Positions 58,098-64,000 of a DNA stretch of 64,000 nt are shown here, one piece after another. The DNA lies in NCBI GenBank assembly GCA_027923505.1, contig BROI01000002.1:124001-188000 (forward strand), written 5' to 3'. A model generated the notes under the pieces. It was not told the origin of the DNA, did not search any database, and saw only the letters and a program-made list of their open reading frames with translations. The number at the start of each line of letters is the position of its first letter. Position 1 is the first letter of the stretch. The translations under genes were made by a program, and so were the position numbers. This DNA comes from Mayamaea pseudoterrestris. Lineage: Eukaryota.

Positions 58098-58784
58098 ATG
58101 ATAAATACCTTTCAGCTCATCATACTACTTGTGCTATCATCTCTTGCCGTCGTGAATGCCCAAACCAACATTACAGAATGTGGTGACGAACAGCTCCAAG
58201 CCTATCAAGCATGCGTGCAAGAGAATCCATGCACATGCTCCAACTGCGACGCCAATCCCATGGACAATTATCCAGTGATTGCACTCGACGCACCGCCACA
58301 AAACTGCCAGGACGTTGCGCGGATATTTTGTCCGCTCATGCGTTGCTGCGCGGCGTGCGAACAAGTGGCGCAGCAGTGGTACACTTGTGCGTTTGACGAC
58401 TTTTCCGTCAGTCAGTTGGATACGACGTGTCCGCAGGTTTGTGAGGCGTTTGAATTGAACGATTATCTTGGTGGTGACTGTCAGCCCACCGTGGCGCCAG
58501 AGATGACGACGGTTGCTCCAACTGTCATGGACACTGCAACGCCAGATACTTTGGCGCCAAGTACTTCTGCGGCAGCAGCAGCTGCATCAACATTGAATCC
58601 CACTGTAGCTCCTACAGTTGCGACTACAGAATCTCCAACAGTTGCGCCTTTTGCTTCTCCAAGCGCGGCGGCGCAAGTGAGTAGCATGAATGCAGCGACA
58701 TCAACGTCGGGAGCTAGGTCGAGTGCATACTTTATCAAGGCGAGCGCCGTTGTAGTATTGGTTCTAGTAAGCTGCTTCTTGTAG
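58098..58784 (+). CDS. Secreted Cys-rich, probably GPI-anchored surface protein
   Basis: Signal peptide; Cys-rich domain (CPLMRCCAACEQ); PTVAP-repeat stalk; hydrophobic C-terminus after TSGA. Confidence 0.8.
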   Translation: MINTFQLIILLVLSSLAVVNAQTNITECGDEQLQAYQACVQENPCTCSNCDANPMDNYPVIALDAPPQNCQDVARIFCPLMRCCAACEQVAQQWYTCAFDDFSVSQLDTTCPQVCEAFELNDYLGGDCQPTVAPEMTTVAPTVMDTATPDTLAPSTSAAAAAASTLNPTVAPTVATTESPTVAPFASPSAAAQVSSMNAATSTSGARSSAYFIKASAVVVLVLVSCFL

Positions 58785-59353
58785 TAATGTAAATAATACT
58801 AGCATTTAGACTTGAACGATTAATTCCACTTGTGCTAGAAGAAAATAGTGGCAACACAAATTGCAAGCGGCAATGGTGCAGCAGGCTAACGAGTATTTGT
58901 TACCTTACGCCACACCACTTTACGGCTTCATGCTCTGTTACGCAAGCTACTTGGCCGGAGCAGAAGGACTTCCAAAGGGTCCACGATAGGTATCATACTG
59001 TACTTGGTGGGATAGGCTGGCTGGGACAGTCACGCCATCTTGCGACTTGCAAAGCCTTTTACTCGTTTGTGCATTTGAGCGTTGGATCCATTTCTACTTG
59101 ATGATTGGCTTGGTATAGCTAGTGCGTCGTTCAGTAACGTGCGCACTGTAATGAAATTTCTGGTGGGCAGAACATGCTACTTGTACCAGAAAAGGCATTT
59201 GCATATGTAAGCTAAAGCAGCCAACAGTCAACACTTATTTGGTGCAAAACACTTAAAAAGTAAGCAGCAATTACAAATTACAATATTCATACACGGAACA
59301 CCTGATCCACCTTGATGTCGCTAAACAGAGTCGGCCCCTGCAACAGACTTTGC

Positions 59354-60545
59354 TTACACCATGGCAGCCAGCAACAGCGCTACAGCCGTCAAGACGCTCG
59401 TCGCAACTCCTGCATCATTAATCACCCTGTCACCACCACTGGTATCGGACACTGGCCCCGTCGACCGGCTCCGAAACCCTGTCGACGGTTGCGGACTAGC
59501 ACCACTCGCCAATGATGGAGCCATTGTCGGCAGCTCCATGTCAAGACTAGGGCTCCTGGATGGTACGTCGCTCATTGGTAGTATTGTTGCAACCTCGTTC
59601 GGGCCAGAGGAGCAACTGAAAGGATTGCATACTCCACATTCAGCGGGAAACTGGTCACTGATAATGGAGCAAGCCGCTGTTTCGTTGGTTCCTTGGTCCA
59701 ACAGAAAGGTTAGTCTGTCTCCGCACGTGGCGTTGCCTTCCGTCATGACGTCCAAGACATCCATTGTGCAGGCATCGCAGTCGCAGAAATAGTCGGTTGG
59801 TGCAGCAGGAAGGCTTGTTGTAGTGTTTGTATCCGGCATTGGCAAAATGGTCGTAAGATTGCCGCCAACACCAACAACGTCTCGGTCACACATTGAGGGA
59901 CTGCAGGCGCCGCAGGCGTCGGGAAACTGCTTGGCCACGAGCGTACACGCCGCTTCCTCGTCCTCGCCAGTTCCGAGTACGTAGTCGATGCGGTCTCCGC
60001 ATGTGGCATTGGTTTCGTCCGTGACGGTATCCCAAACGAGGGCGTTGCAATCGACGCAGCCGCAGTACATTACAAACGTGGATATCGTCGGTGTCGCCAC
60101 GACAATGGTTCCGTCACCTGTCGGCGCAAGTGTATTTCCAGTAGTCATTGATGGCGCAACCGATGGCATGGACGAACTGGACGGCATGGGACTTATTGTA
60201 GGCGTTCGTTCCAATCGACCAGTCAAAGGTGTTGCTGATGGTTGCGGCGAGCCACTTGTTACATTCAGTTCAATGGGTGATGTGATTTGCAGGGAGCGAA
60301 GACTGCCACCATGGAAACTTTCTTGCTAGCGTACAGAAGGATCAAAATGACGAATGAGACACATGAATGAGCGAGTTGTCGGCAGTCTGCATGGCATGGC
60401 ACGGTAACGGAGCGCACGGACATTGCAATTGACAATGACGAAGATCACGAAGAGCATTAGCAAGCACAAATGTATCAAGACCTACCTGTCCTGCTGCAAG
60501 ACACAGAAATGATATCAGCAATGCTGCTGTGCAAGTTGGCTTCAT
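59354..60545 (-). CDS. Secreted, probably GPI-anchored protein with two copies of a six-Cys module
   Basis: Exons 60545-60486 and 60325-59354. Modules YCGCVDC..VWD...TCGDRI....AAC..V..QFP..CG.C.P and FCDCDAC..VLD...TCGDRL....AAC..I..QFP..CG.C.P; Pro/Ser/Thr linkers; hydrophobic tail. Confidence 0.82.
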
Positions 60546-61000
60546 CGTTTGAAATTGAATGACGAATGAATGATGCAGGCAAAGATGTTAAAGGCCAAGA
60601 TGCTGTCTTGAAAGTTTGTTTTGTCTAGAAGTGCTGCAGTCTGAGACTATTTCGCTTGTTTCTATGGAACGTTCTGGAAGGCAGCTTTCGTTGTTGTTGC
60701 AATAGGCCTGGCGGATCAAAGAAAGAGGCGAAACGAAGAAAAATGAAAGGATCGGAAGCGTGACCACCGGGCGCGCCAATTCCAGTACCGGTACGATTTG
60801 CAACAACGTCACAATCTGTCTCTTCGCGACTCGACTGGCTATGAACGAGAGGAATCCGGAAACGACGGCCATCAAAACGAATCCTCTAATGCATGACATT
60901 CGCACCGTAGATTGATTGAGCAATTGGACGAATTGCTTGATACAACAGAGACGAACAGTTTATTAATAGCAAATTACAGCAAGCAAATACAGTAATATCC

Positions 61001-64000
61001 ATGGCTCCTCCGGCGACCAAGCGGCGTCGCAAGGCGGCGGACGCTGCAGCTGATGCGAATGATGACAATCCTCCTCCGCCGCCATTGTCCACCAAGAAGC
61101 AAGCGGCGGCGGTAGCGACAGCAGCAGCAAGGTACGTATTGATTGGGCTCGACGCGAGAACTGATTTTCAATTAACATGCTTCCGTGCTTGTATTCTTAC
61201 AATATTTTATTCTTCTCGTTTCTTCGCAATCATTTTCTCGTTGTGACTTTTTTCCGCCTCTAGCAAAACCGGTGCAACGTTTCTTCAGACAGTCATGACG
61301 ACCCTTTCGCAAGCTTCCAACAAGCAAACCTTTTTTGACAAGCTTGTGCAGGGCAAGCTTGCCTACGGCCGAACGACGAGTGCAAATACAAAGCCGGCGG
61401 CGGCAGCAGCAAGCAAACCTAACAATCCACCGCAGCAGGATGACGTCAAGACGAATGAAGCCATGACGACGGCTACGCCGAGCGAACCGTACGACGCGAA
61501 GCTCGATACACTTTCCTTTCAGTTTGCGCTCGCGTGTCATTTGCTCCAGCAGCTAGTCTCCAAATACTATCAGGGCAAAACGACGAGCGAGGAGCTCAAG
61601 GCGGCATATTTGAACAATACCTTGGCGCTGGCGCGCGTCTTGATTGATTTTATGGTAGGAGTCGATGATGACAAGGAAAGGAAGGAGAAGAAGGCGAGTA
61701 AAGCAAACAAGAAGAAAAAGGCGACAAGCAGTAACAAGAAGAGCAAGGTCACAAACGAACAAGATTCTGCCGCAGCAATAATACAATCAACTACAACAAA
61801 TACAACTGAAGAAGAGCCTTCGCCGCCACCACCCGCCAAGCGACGCAAGGCTTCTTGGTTTGACAAGATGTCAAACAGCAATGCGAGTCAGGGACTGGCG
61901 CGGATGCTCATAGGCAAGTTGTGCTTGACGCTGTCCGCCGTTGGAGTGGCGGGTTTGCAGGCTGGACATTTGGAAACGGCCACGCTCATTTTAGATGCAC
62001 TCTTGGTTCTCGTTGGAGATGCTGGAAAAGCAAATACTGGTGGACGTACCGCTGCAGCGGCGACGGGCGATGCAACAGTGACGAATGAAACAGAAATGAC
62101 AATGCGAGCGTACTGGGAGCAGCATGTGGCACCTGGCCTGCGAAATCGGGATCCGGTGGTTTGCGAGATGGAGATTGAATGGACTGCCGAGCGCATGGTT
62201 TGGGAGCAAATGCTTGCCGTTCCCAGTCAAGGAAAAGAGATACAACAGATGGAGGCACTGGCGAGTGACGCAGTTTCCGAAGTTGCGGCCGCATCGCCTG
62301 GTAATCTGGGCACGAAGCGTACTCGTCGGAGCAAGACGACACCTGCAGGCGACGACGATACGGTCGATCCTGGAACGAGTGGTGGCGAGGATCAGCAATC
62401 CCCATACACTTCGCATTGGGTCGACGTGGCAGTCGCTCATGGCCAGCTGTTTGACAAGAAATTGGATGGTGCTCGGGTGGAAGGCCGTTTGGCAATAAAG
62501 CGTTGGCCGGTCGCTGCAATCGCTTGGGGTCTGCAAGGACAAGCGGCTTTATTACAGGGAGCAATGGACGCCGAGAATGTGGGTCTGGCTTGCCATCTGC
62601 TGACGCTGTTTGCGCAAATATCCCAGTCAGCTGGTGCGAAGCCGGCAGTTGGGGTTGATGCCTTCTGCAGAGCGCTGACTGGTCAGAAAAAAGCTGCTCG
62701 AGTCGAAGGCAATCTCAAGGATTATCTCATGGTCTCAATTTACGCTATTTTGGAAAAACACTCTGTCGTGGTGCGAAAAGAAGTTGGCGCGGAAGGATTG
62801 ATTAATCTGCAACATGGTGTTGTTCATGGAGCTGGTGCGTATCCATTTGTCGCTGACGCTATCAATGATTGTATCACAGCCGTCGCTGTCAGTGAAGTTG
62901 GTTCGCCGGCTGAGCGAACCGAATGGAGTAACCGCCTGGCCTGTGCATCGGCTGCCTATATTCTACACTTTGGCATGGAGGATATTCATTTATTACGGTA
63001 TGCTATAGAGAAACTGAAAGGCTGTTTAAAGATGGGAGAGGCTGTAAACTCAAGCGACTGGAACGTGAGTAAAGGAGGACTTAAACTCGAAGATCCACTT
63101 CCAGTACCCACATTGCCGTCCATTGCAAAGGCGAATCGCGGCACACTGAAGAAGAAAAGTCAGCCGGAAGGCGCGTCACTTGCTGGCGTCTTCGATGAAA
63201 GACCTATTGGCGTGTCGAAGCAGGACGAATTGTTGGCCCTGTTTTATAGAGCTATGAATATGCAGCGATCGTCAGCCGCTTTTGATAGTCTTTTGACACA
63301 CTTTATTGGAATTGCAGAAAAGTGCCTCGGAGTTTTTAATGAGTTCGCAAAGAAGCGCACAGAAAAATTCACCAATGATTTGCGCAAAAACAAGCGCAGG
63401 AAGAAAAATGACGGACGGGAAGAAGCCGTGGACGTGACTGGATGCTTGCAGCGAAGTGACACAAGGTACGGTCGGAGGTTGTTATACGCTCAAACGGCAG
63501 AAGCGTCTCTGACCACCTGTTTCGATAGCGGAATTCAGCCGGAAAAACTTTCATTAGCTGCAGAGATTTTTGCTGTATTAGAACTTTGTCTTGCAAGGAA
63601 GAACGATGACGCACGGATGAATCTGCGACATTACTTGCGATCCTTGCTATCCAACGAGGATATATTCCACGTTATCGACCTCTGTTCTCCTATCATTGTA
63701 TGGATGGGACGCGATCGACATAAGTCAGATGTTGCCTGTTGTGACGGTGCCGCTGATAACGAAAATTGCTTTTGGTACGTTTCCACGGCTAGGAGTATCG
63801 TATTGCACTTTTATCCCTCTGACGCATCGCAACTTTTAGGGATTCATATGTCAATCTATGCGTTTGCGTCGGCAGAGGGCTTTCGGAGGTTGGCTCCTCG
63901 GATCAAGTTACTTTGCGGGAAACGCGAATGGCCATATTTAAAAAGATAGCACGCACAGATTCACGTACGCCAAACACAGGTTGGCCATTGTGGCTGCCTG
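61001..64000 (+). CDS. Large, probably nuclear helical protein of unknown function (3' end outside window)
   Basis: Exon 61001-61131, intron to 61263, then a long ORF. A likely intron at 63775-63839 leaves a frame open to the window end. Several basic NLS-like motifs (KRRRK, PAKRRK, RKNKRRKK). Confidence 0.7.

Noticed and set aside
59045..59100. GCCTTTTAC (U5 snRNA loop I motif)
   Set aside because: Flanking stem is out of register, and there is no CCG internal loop or convincing Sm site.

Overview
A compact, gene-dense eukaryotic window, most likely from a pennate diatom. The evidence is short GT-AG introns, bipartite signal-peptide + Phe plastid presequences, and diatom-type helicase-associated (HA), cyclophilin-like and Cys-rich surface proteins. 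About 33 protein-coding genes are supported. They include CenH3, SMC3, ribosomal proteins uL10/uL23/uL11, Exo70, CYP51, an MFS sugar porter, a YjjX-type NTPase (apparently frameshifted), an ATP-grasp enzyme, a Ulp-type SUMO protease, a truncated globin, the Hv1 proton channel, a signal-peptide-bearing Npl4, Slx9, TadA and a short stand-alone UBR4 C-terminal E3. The most notable non-coding signals are: (1) a ~170-nt structured intergenic element at 31391-31562 with a CCTAACCC telomere template, a predicted pseudoknot and a T4 end, which is a candidate telomerase RNA; (2) an ~86-bp inverted repeat pair in the divergent promoter between the globin and Hv1 genes; (3) a 3 x 44-bp tandem repeat upstream of SMC3; (4) a decayed duplicate fragment of the BTB gene. 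No tRNA, rRNA, CRISPR array or intact transposon was recognised. All family calls are from motif recognition by eye; no database searches were run.
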